NCBI GenBank assembly: GCA_031418815.1
Contig: JANOJQ010000114.1
Span: 1 to 63,909, forward strand
Source of the DNA: Lysobacteraceae bacterium
GTDB taxonomy: Bacteria > Pseudomonadota > Gammaproteobacteria > Xanthomonadales > Xanthomonadaceae
DNA: 63,909 nucleotides
Reading direction: 5' to 3'
Positions 1-9,900 of the stretch are shown in pieces. Position 1 is the first letter of the stretch, and the number at the start of each line of letters is the position of its first letter. Below the pieces are notes generated by a model. The model had not been told where the DNA came from. It saw only the letters and a list, made by a program, of their open reading frames with translations, and searched no databases. The translations under genes were made by a program, and so were the position numbers.

Positions 1-1076
1 AATCTTAATGCGATCTTGTTGAGTGCTGCTTGCGAATGAATCGACAGGTCGGTTCCATGAGGCAGGTACTGCCGCAGTAGTCCGTTCGTGTTTTCGTTTG
101 AACCGCGTTGCCAAGGGCTGCGTGGATCGCAGAAGTAGACGTTTACGTCGGTAGCGACGGTGAAGTTCTTGTGGCTTGCCATCTCGGTGCCCCGATCCCA
201 AGTGAGGGACCCACGCAGTGCTTTTGGAAGCGTACGAACTTGTCGGCTCAGCGCGGAAACGACGCTTTCGGTGTCCCTGCCTTTGACTTTCACCAGCATC
301 ACGAACCGGGTGTGGCGCTCGACCAGCGTTGCGACGTGGGAGTTCTTGCTGCCGCTGACCAGGTCGCCCTCCCAGTGGCCAGGCACAGCCCTGTCTTCAG
401 CCTCCGCAGGTCGCTCGCGAATGGAAACGGCATCGACGATTCCACCTCGCGGCAACACCACCAGCTCCTTTGATCGACGCATTCTCCGACGCGTCCTCAA
501 ATGCGAGCAAAGCTCCTTTTTCAAGGCGCCTCGAGCCTGTATGAACAGACTTCTATAGATCGTCTCGTGCGACACCCGAAGCGACTCCTCGGCGGGGAAC
601 TGTAGCTTAAGCCGCGCCGATATCTGCTGGGGAGACCACCCCAGAACCAGCTGCTTGGCGACGAACTGCCGAAGGACGGCGTTCAGCGCCAGCACGCAGG
701 CCTTGGGCCGCCGGGCACGGTCCCAGGCCACATCATCCGCCTGGTTTGCGCGATAGTCCTTCCGCCCACCGTTACGACCAACTTCGCGGCTAATCGTTGA
801 CGCGGGCCGATCAAGCCGCCGGGAGATCTCCCGGTAGGAAAGACCGCCCGCCAAGCCCCTGGAAATTTCCTCGCGCTCCGCCAGGGTCAGGCTTTGACCG
901 GACCGGCGGCGAGTCGGCGGCACGATGCCACCGTTCGCCTCCAGGATGAACCGGATCGCTGAGGGCGTGCGGCCCATGCCATTGCCTATTTCACGGATCG
1001 GGCGACCTACCTTCCACAGTCGCCAAACTTCCTGCTTCTGGGCTTCGCTCAGCCCAGGACGCCCGATTCTTGCCAT
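1..1076 (-). CDS. IS30-family transposase (3' end outside window)
   Basis: Manual translation of both ends, which share one frame: MARIGRPGLSEAQKQEVWRLWK... and ...TWDRGTEMASHKNFTVATDVNVYFCDPRSPWQRGSNENTNGLLRQYLP, the hallmark IS30 DDE C-terminus. Absent from the ORF track because no stop falls in the window. Confidence 0.95.
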   Translation of the reverse strand, partial: MARIGRPGLSEAQKQEVWRLWKVGRPIREIGNGMGRTPSAIRFILEANGGIVPPTRRRSGQSLTLAEREEISRGLAGGLSYREISRRLDRPASTISREVGRNGGRKDYRANQADDVAWDRARRPKACVLALNAVLRQFVAKQLVLGWSPQQISARLKLQFPAEESLRVSHETIYRSLFIQARGALKKELCSHLRTRRRMRRSKELVVLPRGGIVDAVSIRERPAEAEDRAVPGHWEGDLVSGSKNSHVATLVERHTRFVMLVKVKGRDTESVVSALSRQVRTLPKALRGSLTWDRGTEMASHKNFTVATDVNVYFCDPRSPWQRGSNENTNGLLRQYLPHGTDLSIHSQAALNKIALR

Positions 1077-1136
1077 TGGATTCTCACCTTCGCAGTGCCA
1101 ACCAGACTACCGTTGCACTGACCGATTGAGACCACC
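1..1136 (-). mobile_element. IS30-family insertion sequence (truncated by window start)
   Basis: Minus-strand transposase plus a terminal inverted repeat GGTGGTCTCAATCGGTCAGTGCAAC (reverse complement of 1112-1136) resembling IS1086/IS1088-type IS30 ends. The second end lies outside the window. Confidence 0.9.
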
Positions 1137-1254
1137 GCGTCCATCCGGTTTTGGTGGCGGCCGACGGGCCGCGCGGTGGCAGGGTATCAGACGCGCTCAT
1201 TTTTCCTTGCGCACCATGCGATGATGCCGGAGCTGTAAACAGGATGTTGTTTGC

Positions 1255-1971
1255 ATGCGCACGTCGCAACCCACCGCAGAAAAGAAGGCTTGGGCACCTC
1301 ATTTCCTCGGCCTCGTGCGGGAAACCCACCCCGGCTACGCCCTCAACGCAAAGGCCCGCGGCAGCCGTGCGGAGTGCCTGCGGCTGGCGGACGACGGGCT
1401 GTTCCACTCGCAGAACACGCTCTGCAGGTACGGCATGTATCGCCACGGATTCGCCGTTCTGCTGACGCCCGAGCTTACCAAGGGGCCGTACCTGACCAAT
1501 CCGTTCCAGGCGGGCGGACGGTTTGATGCCCACTACACTGTCTCGCATGCCTTCTCCCGTGACCTGGTCGTGTCATCGCGGGATACGTCGCTGCCGCGGG
1601 CTCCGCATGACACCCATCACTGGCGCAGCGGCACCGATGACATCGTCCGCAAATGCGTGGCCGCCGCCGAGGAGCATCTCCCGGCGCTCTACCGCAGCTG
1701 GTTCCGCGCGGCCGCGCCGGAATTGCTTGCCATCATCGAAGCCAGCGCCTCGTTGGCGCCCGCGCTTGTGCAGGCGCCTGGACTCGCCGCCCACACACGG
1801 TTCCCCGACGTCTCGCTGCTCGACCTCGCCAATCGCCGCTCCGCCTGGCACGAGCTGCCGAGGCAAACGCGCTATTGCTCGCTGGTACACAGCAAACCCG
1901 AACTGTTCGCCGCCCAGCTGCCGCACTTGGACGCCATGGCGTCCAGGCTCGATGCCTTGCTGCGTGCCTGA
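1255..1971 (+). CDS. hypothetical protein (238 aa)
   Basis: ATG-started ORF with protein-like composition; first of four co-oriented ORFs; no recognisable family. Confidence 0.6.
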   Translation: MRTSQPTAEKKAWAPHFLGLVRETHPGYALNAKARGSRAECLRLADDGLFHSQNTLCRYGMYRHGFAVLLTPELTKGPYLTNPFQAGGRFDAHYTVSHAFSRDLVVSSRDTSLPRAPHDTHHWRSGTDDIVRKCVAAAEEHLPALYRSWFRAAAPELLAIIEASASLAPALVQAPGLAAHTRFPDVSLLDLANRRSAWHELPRQTRYCSLVHSKPELFAAQLPHLDAMASRLDALLRA

Positions 1972-2005
1972 CCCGCTTTCGCCAACCCTGCTCCGGACAG
2001 ACCCC

Positions 2006-2485
2006 ATGGATTTCGAACTGATACTTTCCACCAGCTGGACCGTGAAGTTCGCCGACACGGCGGCCGACGGCTGGATCTTCGATCGCAGCAAGGGCGTGTG
2101 CTGGCTGAGCATCAACAGCATCGAGCAGCGGATGCGGCAGGACCTAGCCGGGGTGGATGTGGGGGGAGCGGTGGGCAAGTACCTGTTTGGCCTTGAGATC
2201 ACCGACGCGCCGGCCGGGTTCGATTTCGACGAAACCCGGGATTACGTCAGCCATCGCCGCTCCATCCGCAGCCTGATTTCGGTGGGGCAGCTGGAGTGGC
2301 CGAAGATCCGCCACCTCGACGCCCAGGCCCAGTTCGCGATGTTCCAGGCCTGCGCGCTGGGCGCCGTAGAACGCGCCGCCACAATGAAACGACGCCCACG
2401 CGATTTCGACACCGCTGCCTTCCGGAAAGCGCTCAGCGACAGCGTGCTGGGCCTGGCGTGCGAACATTGCACCGTGCTTGCCTAG
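2006..2485 (+). CDS. hypothetical protein (159 aa), possibly immunity-protein-like
   Basis: MDFELILSTSW...KRRPRDFDTAAF. Start reassigned to ATG 2006, 34 nt after the upstream stop. The immunity resemblance is impressionistic. Confidence 0.6.
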   Translation: MDFELILSTSWTVKFADTAADGWIFDRSKGVCWLSINSIEQRMRQDLAGVDVGGAVGKYLFGLEITDAPAGFDFDETRDYVSHRRSIRSLISVGQLEWPKIRHLDAQAQFAMFQACALGAVERAATMKRRPRDFDTAAFRKALSDSVLGLACEHCTVLA

Positions 2486-2512
2486 CGGCCCGTCTTCCGG
2501 AAAGGACAACGA

Positions 2513-2830
2513 ATGGAGACCAGCGAATCCGTTGAGAGAACCCTGCCGTCATGGGTGGCCACGCAGCAAGGCGACGGGCTCTCGATCCAGGGCGTGGTGA
2601 GGTACCCCAACCGGTCGTCCACTGCAGGCCTGCGGCTGGTTCCCGCAACCGCGGGTGCAGCCGCCGCGCCCTGTTTTGTCCTGTCATTCGGGCGCGACAA
2701 GGAGCCCTATTGCTGGCCCAACCTGGTGGGTGAGGTGGCTTTCCACGGCGGTGGCTTCCCGGCAGGCCTGAAGGAGGTCATCGTCATGGACGGCGACACA
2801 CGTCTGGTCATCCCGGTGCGTTCGGCCTGA
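2513..2830 (+). CDS. hypothetical protein (105 aa)
   Basis: AAGGA Shine-Dalgarno upstream of the ATG; compact beta-rich-looking ORF. Confidence 0.65.
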   Translation: METSESVERTLPSWVATQQGDGLSIQGVVRYPNRSSTAGLRLVPATAGAAAAPCFVLSFGRDKEPYCWPNLVGEVAFHGGGFPAGLKEVIVMDGDTRLVIPVRSA

Positions 2831-2865
2831 CGTCCCCAGCCACGGGGCAAGATGAAGCCACCGAC

Positions 2866-3195
2866 ATGACCACGATCAATGGCCCGCTGGAAATCGTCGT
2901 CCGCCTGGACCCGGTCACGGGCGAGCTGGAAACAAGGTTCGAATCCCCCGAGTGCTCGCTGCTGACTCCCGGCATGCTGTGGTGGGAAAGAGATACCCGC
3001 CACTACGTGGTCTACCAACCCGAAGACTTCTACGACATCCGCCTCAAGCAGCGGCTGGACACCGGCAACATGCTTTCCCCGCGGGATCCCCACGTGCGGC
3101 TGGTGCACGTGGGCGCGGTGTACGGCCCCGGACCCTGTCCACCCGGCTGGATCGAGTTGTCGCGCGGCAGGGCGGGGAAGACGCCCCCGGGCTGA
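2866..3195 (+). CDS. hypothetical protein (109 aa)
   Basis: Co-oriented ORF 35 nt after the previous stop, with GC-rich third codon positions. Confidence 0.6.
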   Translation: MTTINGPLEIVVRLDPVTGELETRFESPECSLLTPGMLWWERDTRHYVVYQPEDFYDIRLKQRLDTGNMLSPRDPHVRLVHVGAVYGPGPCPPGWIELSRGRAGKTPPG

Positions 3196-3258
3196 CCCTT
3201 GGCAACGCCGACGGATGGCTTCACACCCCGGCCACCCGGCGGGGGGCGGCGGGCCGGG

Positions 3259-3264
3259 TATAAT
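3259..3264 (+). promoter_or_regulatory. putative sigma70 -10 element (TATAAT)
   Basis: Perfect TATAAT in very GC-rich context, 35 nt upstream of ATG 3299. Confidence 0.55.
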
Positions 3265-3298
3265 TCCGAGTCTTTGCTCCAGCCCCCGGAAACCGCCC

Positions 3299-6200
3299 AT
3301 GTCCGTCCCGACCCTGCCCGCCCCGCCCACGCTCGACCGCGAGTACGACCTGCAGTCGAAATACACCCGCGAAGAGGGCCGGATCTACCTGTCCGGCGTG
3401 CAGGCGCTGGTGCGCCTGCCGCTGATGCAGCAGATGCGCGACCGCGCCGCCGGCGCCAACACCGCCGGCTTCATCTCGGGCTACCGCGGTTCGCCGCTGG
3501 GCGGCTTCGACCTGGAGCTGTGGAAGGCCAAGAAGCACCTGGCCGCGTCGGGCATCGAGTTCACACCGGGCCTCAACGAGGACCTGGGCGCGACGATGGT
3601 GTGGGGCAGCCAGCAGACCAACCTGTTCCCGGGCGCCAAGTACGACGGCGTTTTTTCGATGTGGTACGGCAAGGGCCCGGGCGTGGACCGCTGTGGCGAC
3701 GTGTTCAAGCACGGCAACGCCGCCGGCACCTCGCGCATGGGCGGCGTGCTGGCGCTGGCCGCCGACGACCACGCCTGCCGCTCGTCCACCCTGCCGCACG
3801 GCTCCGAGGGTGAGTTCGAAAGCGCGATGATGCCCATCCTCAACCCGGCCGGCGTGCAGGACATCCTTGACATGGGCCTGCTGGGCTGGGCGATGAGCCG
3901 ATACACCGGCCGCTGGATCGGCTTCAAGACGATCGCCGAAACGGTGGAATCGTCGGCGTCGGTGAACGTCAACCCGCACCAGCTCGACATCATCCTGCCG
4001 GGCGATTTCGACATGCCGCAGGGCGGCCTCAACATCCGCTGGCCGGACCCGCCGCTGAACCAGGAAATGCGCCTGCACCAGTACGCGGTGAAGGCCGCGC
4101 AGGCCTTCGCCCGCGCCAACCACATCGACAAGGTGGTGTTCGATTCGCCCAAGGCGCGCCTGGGCATCGTCACCACCGGCAAGAGCTACCTGGACGTGCT
4201 GCAGGCGCTGGAATACCTGGGCATCGACCGCCAGATGGCCGCGGACATCGGCATCCGCGTCTACAAGGTCGGCATGACCTGGCCGCTGGAGCCGCTGGGC
4301 ATCCGCGAGTTCGCGCGCGGCCTGCAGGACATCATCGTGGTCGAGGAGAAGCGCAGCTTCATCGAGCGCCAGATGAAGGAATACATGTACAACTGGGAGC
4401 ATCGCCCCAGCATCATCGGCAAGTACGACGAGCAGGAAAACTGGGTGCTGCCCAGCACCAACGAGCTCACGCCCGCCACCATCGCCGGCGTCATCGGCCG
4501 CCGCATCCAGAAGTTCCACGACACCGAGCACATCCGCGGCGTGCTGCAGTGGATGCACGACAAGGAACACGAGCTGGCCCAGCCGCGCGCCAACTTCCCG
4601 CGCGTGCCGCACTACTGCGCCGGCTGCCCGCACAACTCGTCCACCGTGGTGCCGGAAGGCTCGCGCGCGCTCGGCGGCATCGGCTGCCACTACATGGTCA
4701 CGTGGATGGACCGCAAGACCGACACCTTCACCCACATGGGCGGCGAAGGCGTGACGTGGTCGGGCCAGGCGCCGTTCACCGATGAAAAACACGTCTTCCA
4801 GAACCTCGGCGACGGCACCTACTTCCACTCCGGCTCGCTGGCCATCCGCCAGTCGGTGGCGACCAAGGTGAACATCACCTACAAGATCCTCTACAACGAC
4901 GCCGTGGCCATGACCGGCGGCCAGCCGGTGGACGGCACGCTCACCGTGCCCGACATCGCGCACCAGGTGCGCAGCGAGGGCGTCAAGACCATCGTCGTAC
5001 TCAGCGACGACATCGGCAAATGGAGCGACAGGTCGATCTTCCCGTCCGGCGTGGAGTTCTTCGACCGCGACGAGCTCGACAGCCAGCAAAAGCGCCTGCG
5101 CGAAGTGTCCGGCACCACCGTCATCGTCTTCGACCAGACCTGCGCGGCCGAGAAGCGCCGCCGCCGCAAGCGCGGCAAGGCCGTGGACCCGGCCAAGCGC
5201 ATCGCCATCAACTCGCTGGTGTGCGAAGGCTGCGGCGACTGCGGCGTGAAATCGAACTGCGTGGCCATCCTGCCCAAGGAAACCGAGTTCGGCCGCAAGC
5301 GCGAGATCGACCAGAGCAACTGCAACAAGGACTACAGCTGCGTGAAGGGCTTCTGCCCGAGCTTCGTCACCATCAAGGGCGGCGGGCTGCGCAAGCGCAA
5401 GGGCGTGGGCAATGCCGAGCGCCTGGCCAACCTGCCGGCGCCGGAAATCCGCGGCAACCTCGACCAGCCCTGGAACATCCTGATCACCGGCGTCGGCGGC
5501 ACCGGCGTGGTGACCATCGGCGCACTGCTGGGCATGGCCGCGCACCTGGAGAACAAGGGCGCCAGCGTGCTCGACCAGACCGGCCTGGCCCAGAAGGGCG
5601 GCGCCGTCACCACCCACGTGCGCATCGCGCGCACCCCGGCCGACATCCACGCGGTGCGCATCGCCGCCGGCGAAGCCGACCTGGTGCTGGGCTGCGACAT
5701 GGTGGTGGTGAACGACTACTGGGCGCTGTCGAAGATCCGCGCCGACCGCACCGAAGTGGTCATCAACGACTACCAGGCCATGCCGGGCCCGTTCACCCGC
5801 ATGCCCGACATGCAGTTCCCGGCCGCCGGCATCGTCGACGCCATCCGCACCGCCATGGGCGGCCGCGAGCCGCTGCAGATCGCCGCCACCGAGATCGCCA
5901 CGTCCCTGATGGGCGACGCCATCGCCACCAACCTGTTCATGCTGGGCGTGGCCTGGCAGCGCGGCCTGGTGCCGATCAGCTTCGAAGCCCTCGTGCGCGC
6001 GATCGAACTCAACGGCGCCGCGATCGAAATGAACAAGACCGCGTTCGCCTGGGGCCGCCTGGCCGCGATCGACCCGCAGGCCGTGCTGGAAGCCGCCGGG
6101 CTGGCCGAAGCGCCGGCGGAAGCCGCGTCCGCCACGCTCGACGACGAAGTGCTGTCCACCACGCTCGACGAATCCATCGAGCGCCGCGTCAAGTTCCTCA

Positions 6201-6814
6201 CCGACTACCAGGACCGCGCCTACGCCGGCCGCTACGTCGCCCTGGTGGACAAGGTGCGCCAGGCCGAGGCGCGCAAGGCGCCCGGTTCCACCTCGCTCAC
6301 CGAAGCCGTGGCCCGCTACTACTTCAAGCTCATGGCCTACAAGGACGAGTATGAAGTGGCGCGCCTGTACACCTCGGGCGAGTTCATGCAGCGCATCGAG
6401 AAGCAGTTCGACGGCGACTACAAGATCCACTTCAACCTGGCGCCGCCGATGCTGTCCAAGCGCGATGCCAACGGCCACCTGCTGAAGCAGGAGTTCGGGC
6501 CGTGGATCTTCACGGCGTTCAAGCTGATCAAGCGCCTGAAGTTCCTGCGCGGCGGCGCGTTCGACCTGTTCGGCAAGACCGACGAGCGCCGCATGGAGCG
6601 CCAGCTGATCACCGACTACGCCAAGACGGTGGAGGAACTGCTGGGCACGCTCGACGACAACAACGTCGACCTCGCCGCGCAGATCGCCGCGGTGCCCGAG
6701 CACATCCGCGGCTACGGCCACGTCAAGGAAGCGCACTTCGCCAAGGCCAAGGCGCAGGAAGCCGAGCTGCTGGCCGCGTGGCGTTCGCCGGCCAAGGTCG
6801 CTTCCGCCGCCTGA
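3299..6814 (+). CDS. fused indolepyruvate:ferredoxin oxidoreductase family protein
   Basis: FISGYRGSPLGG, CAGCPHN, TPP-binding NLGDGTYFHSG...NDAVAMTGGQ, ferredoxin CEGCGDC...C, GVGGTG and GLAQKGG. Confidence 0.95.
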   Translation: MSVPTLPAPPTLDREYDLQSKYTREEGRIYLSGVQALVRLPLMQQMRDRAAGANTAGFISGYRGSPLGGFDLELWKAKKHLAASGIEFTPGLNEDLGATMVWGSQQTNLFPGAKYDGVFSMWYGKGPGVDRCGDVFKHGNAAGTSRMGGVLALAADDHACRSSTLPHGSEGEFESAMMPILNPAGVQDILDMGLLGWAMSRYTGRWIGFKTIAETVESSASVNVNPHQLDIILPGDFDMPQGGLNIRWPDPPLNQEMRLHQYAVKAAQAFARANHIDKVVFDSPKARLGIVTTGKSYLDVLQALEYLGIDRQMAADIGIRVYKVGMTWPLEPLGIREFARGLQDIIVVEEKRSFIERQMKEYMYNWEHRPSIIGKYDEQENWVLPSTNELTPATIAGVIGRRIQKFHDTEHIRGVLQWMHDKEHELAQPRANFPRVPHYCAGCPHNSSTVVPEGSRALGGIGCHYMVTWMDRKTDTFTHMGGEGVTWSGQAPFTDEKHVFQNLGDGTYFHSGSLAIRQSVATKVNITYKILYNDAVAMTGGQPVDGTLTVPDIAHQVRSEGVKTIVVLSDDIGKWSDRSIFPSGVEFFDRDELDSQQKRLREVSGTTVIVFDQTCAAEKRRRRKRGKAVDPAKRIAINSLVCEGCGDCGVKSNCVAILPKETEFGRKREIDQSNCNKDYSCVKGFCPSFVTIKGGGLRKRKGVGNAERLANLPAPEIRGNLDQPWNILITGVGGTGVVTIGALLGMAAHLENKGASVLDQTGLAQKGGAVTTHVRIARTPADIHAVRIAAGEADLVLGCDMVVVNDYWALSKIRADRTEVVINDYQAMPGPFTRMPDMQFPAAGIVDAIRTAMGGREPLQIAATEIATSLMGDAIATNLFMLGVAWQRGLVPISFEALVRAIELNGAAIEMNKTAFAWGRLAAIDPQAVLEAAGLAEAPAEAASATLDDEVLSTTLDESIERRVKFLTDYQDRAYAGRYVALVDKVRQAEARKAPGSTSLTEAVARYYFKLMAYKDEYEVARLYTSGEFMQRIEKQFDGDYKIHFNLAPPMLSKRDANGHLLKQEFGPWIFTAFKLIKRLKFLRGGAFDLFGKTDERRMERQLITDYAKTVEELLGTLDDNNVDLAAQIAAVPEHIRGYGHVKEAHFAKAKAQEAELLAAWRSPAKVASAA

Positions 6815-6921
6815 TGCGGCACGCAGGCGCGCACCGGCCCCGGTGCGCGCTTGACGGTTTCGCCCGCCGGATGGTTTGCTCACCGTGAGACGGGGCGCGG
6901 CCCCTGCACGGGAAGCCCGCC

Positions 6922-9900
6922 ATGCCGCACCGCCTTTGCCTTTCCGCGGCCCTGCTGCTGGCCGCCACGTCACTTGCCCAAGCCGCGGCGGAACCCCCGC
7001 GCATCGAAGACGCGGAGACCGAGGACGACCGGCTGGCGATCGAATTCGACCAGCCCATGCTGACCTGGCGCGGCGAAAGCGACACCGCGGGCATCACGCT
7101 GGCGCCCCGGGTGGACTGCCGCTGGTACTGGGAACAAGACACGACGCTGGTCTGCCAGGTGCCGCGTGGCAGCGCCGCGCCGATTCGCGCCGCCACGGCG
7201 TATCGCCTGCAGGTGCCGGGCGGGCTTTGGTCGCAGGCGGGCGCCGAGCTCGCGCCCACGGCGCTCACCGTGGTGTCGTCGCGTCCGGAGCTGGAGCTGA
7301 AGGTAACCGACTGGCACGCCGGCCAGCCCGAGCTGTGGGTTGTTTCCCGCTGGATGCCGGTGACGGCGCAGGACGTGGCGCAGGTGCTCGAACTGCGCGT
7401 GGATGGCGTGCTCCTGGACTACACGCTCGCGGCGCCTACGGCCCGGAAGCTCGCCTCGATGTACATGGAGGAAGGCGGCAGCACGTTCAAGCTGGAGCCA
7501 AAGCGCTGGCCTACTTCCGTCGCCACGCTGGTGGCGTCCACGCGGGAGGGGTTGCGCAGCAGCGCCGGCCCCTTGCGCGGCGAGGCGCAAAGCCTGCTCA
7601 ACACGCAGGTGAATCAACCCCTGCGCCTGGTGGGCCTGGGCTGCGGCTGGTCGCGCATGCCGATGACGCCGGCGGAAGCCGCCAAGTGGGGCCGGGACGA
7701 TTGCGCGCCGGATGCCGAAGTGTCTCTGGTCTTCTCGCGCCGCCTGGCCAAGGGTGAAGCAGAGCGCATCGCGGCCGGGTTGCCCGGCCTGACCGCTTCG
7801 AACAGTTCCGTCAGTTGCCGTTGGGAGTGCGGCGACGGCCGGCCGAGTTTCCATGTCGGCTTCACCGCCAAGGCCGCAGGTGTTCGACTGCCCATCGTAT
7901 TGCCGGCCGACCTGCGCGCCGATGACGGCAGCGTGCTGGAGACAGGCCCAGTGCCCGAACTCGTATTCCGCGACCATCCGGCCAGCGTGCGCGCCGCGCC
8001 GTCCGTTCGGCTGCTGCGCCCCGGCAGCGACGCCGCGCTGGCGCTGGAAGTGCGCAACCTCACCGCGCCCACCGACCTTGCGGAACTGGCCACCGGCCGA
8101 CGCACGCACCTGCGCAACAGCAGGCTGCCGATCACCGGCATCACCAACCAGGTCCAGCCTTGGCAGGCCGCTCCGCCGCGCGGCGGCATCGCCCGTCAGG
8201 GCGGGCTGACCCTGGCCGGCGTTCGCGCATCCCCGGAGCCTGGCTTCGCCGTGGCCGTGGCGCCGTTCAACGTCATTGCCGCCGCCGACGCCAGCCGCGT
8301 GATGGTCTGGGCCAGCGACTGGGACAGCGCGGCGGCCATCGCCGACGCCTCCATCGAGCTGCTTCGGGTGACTTCGAAGGGCAAGGAAACCGTGCTCGCG
8401 CGCGGCCGCACCGGCGCCGACGGCGTGGGCTACCTTCCCACTGCCCAGTACGCGTGGGGCGACGAGCAGACGCAAACCCGCCTGGTGCGGGTGCGCCACG
8501 CCGGGCGCCAGTCGGTGATCCCCGTGCTGTCGTCATGGTCACAGCTGCCGGTGGAGGGAATCCCGGAAAAAGAGTGGGATTCCGACATTTATTACGGCGG
8601 CAGCGACACCGACGCCGTGTTCGGCGTCAGCGACCGCCTGCTCTACCGGCCGGGCGACACGGTGCACTTCCGCGTGTGGTCGCGGCAGCGCGACGGCAAT
8701 CGCCTGCGCCCGCAGCCGGGCAAGGCCGGCGACGAAGCGCCGCTGGTGCTGCGCAACCTGGAAAGCCGCTCCGCCATGGATGCCTGGTCGGGCCGGCGCG
8801 ACGGCTGGGGCGGCGCTGCAGGCGATCGCCCGCTGTCGGCCAACCTGGCGGACGGGACGTACTGCATCACCCGGGCCGACGACAGCAGCGGCGGCAACCG
8901 CCCCAGCGGCGCCTGCTTCGACGTGGCGCGCTTCGACAGCCAGGCCGTCTGGGTGCGCAGCGCGTTCGACCGCAAGATCGTGCGGGCCGGCGATGAACTC
9001 GCGCTGGACATCGAGGGCGGCTTCTATTCGGGCGGCGGTGCGGCGGGTGCGCGGGTGGAGGCCACGGCCTTCCTCGAGCCCACGCCGCTCGGCGAGCTCT
9101 ACCCGGCCTTCGCGCGCTTCACCTTCGCCAGTCCCCTGGGCCCTGACGGCGAGGAATCCGACATCGATCCGCTGGCCACGCTCGCGCGCGTGGAGGTGCT
9201 GGACGGCCGCGGCAAGGCGCGCTTCGCGGGGAAGCTGCCGGCGCGCTTCGTGCACGGCGACAGCGACGGAAGCGACGAATCCCGGGCCGTGGCGATCGGC
9301 CAGATTCGCGCCAACACGTTCGTGACGATTCCCGGCGCTGCTTCCAGCGCCAGCCCCGTGGCGACCGCGGTATATGCGGCGCACGCGCGCTACGTGGGCC
9401 TGCGCAGCGGAGACTGGTGGCTGCCATCGAACAAGGATCCGCAGCTCGAGGCCACGGTGGTGACGGCCGAAGGCGTGGCGATGGCGGCGGGAACGGTGCG
9501 CGTGCGCATCGAGCGCGACGGCGAGGGCGACGCAGCCGAAGTGCTGGCGCGCTGCGAACTGGCCATCGGTGCCGTGGCGCCCTGCGCGTTCCGCGCGCCC
9601 GAGCCTGGCGAGTATCGCTTCGTGGCGGAGGCCGACGGCGCCGCGCCGTCGGTGATGACCCGCTATTTCTATGGCCAGGGGTCGCGCGACGACCGCGACG
9701 GCTCGGCCAAGGTCGAGCTGACGCTGCTGGCGACGCCCGAAGCCGGCGGCGACGCGGTGCTGCGGCTGCTGCAGCCGTATCCGCGCGCCAACGCGCTGTT
9801 CGTGGTCGAGTACGACAACGTGCTGCGGCATTGGGTGCAGGAAGTGGGCCCGGACTCCCAGGTGCGCGTGGCGATGCCGCGCGAATGGGCGCCCGGCGTG

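Noticed and set aside
108-1224. Plus-strand ORFs over the first 1.2 kb
   Set aside because: They are antisense to the IS30 transposase.
1523-2005. N-terminal extension of the 320-aa ORF 1523-2485
   Set aside because: It overlaps gene 1255-1971 out of frame with Pro/Arg/Ser-rich junk; ATG 2006 is the better start.
3221-6973. 1250-aa antisense ORF (and similar long ones at 49318-52752, 40511-43219, 59161-61803, 12635-15154)
   Set aside because: Shadow ORFs opposite well-supported genes; high GC3 codon bias removes stops on the antisense strand.
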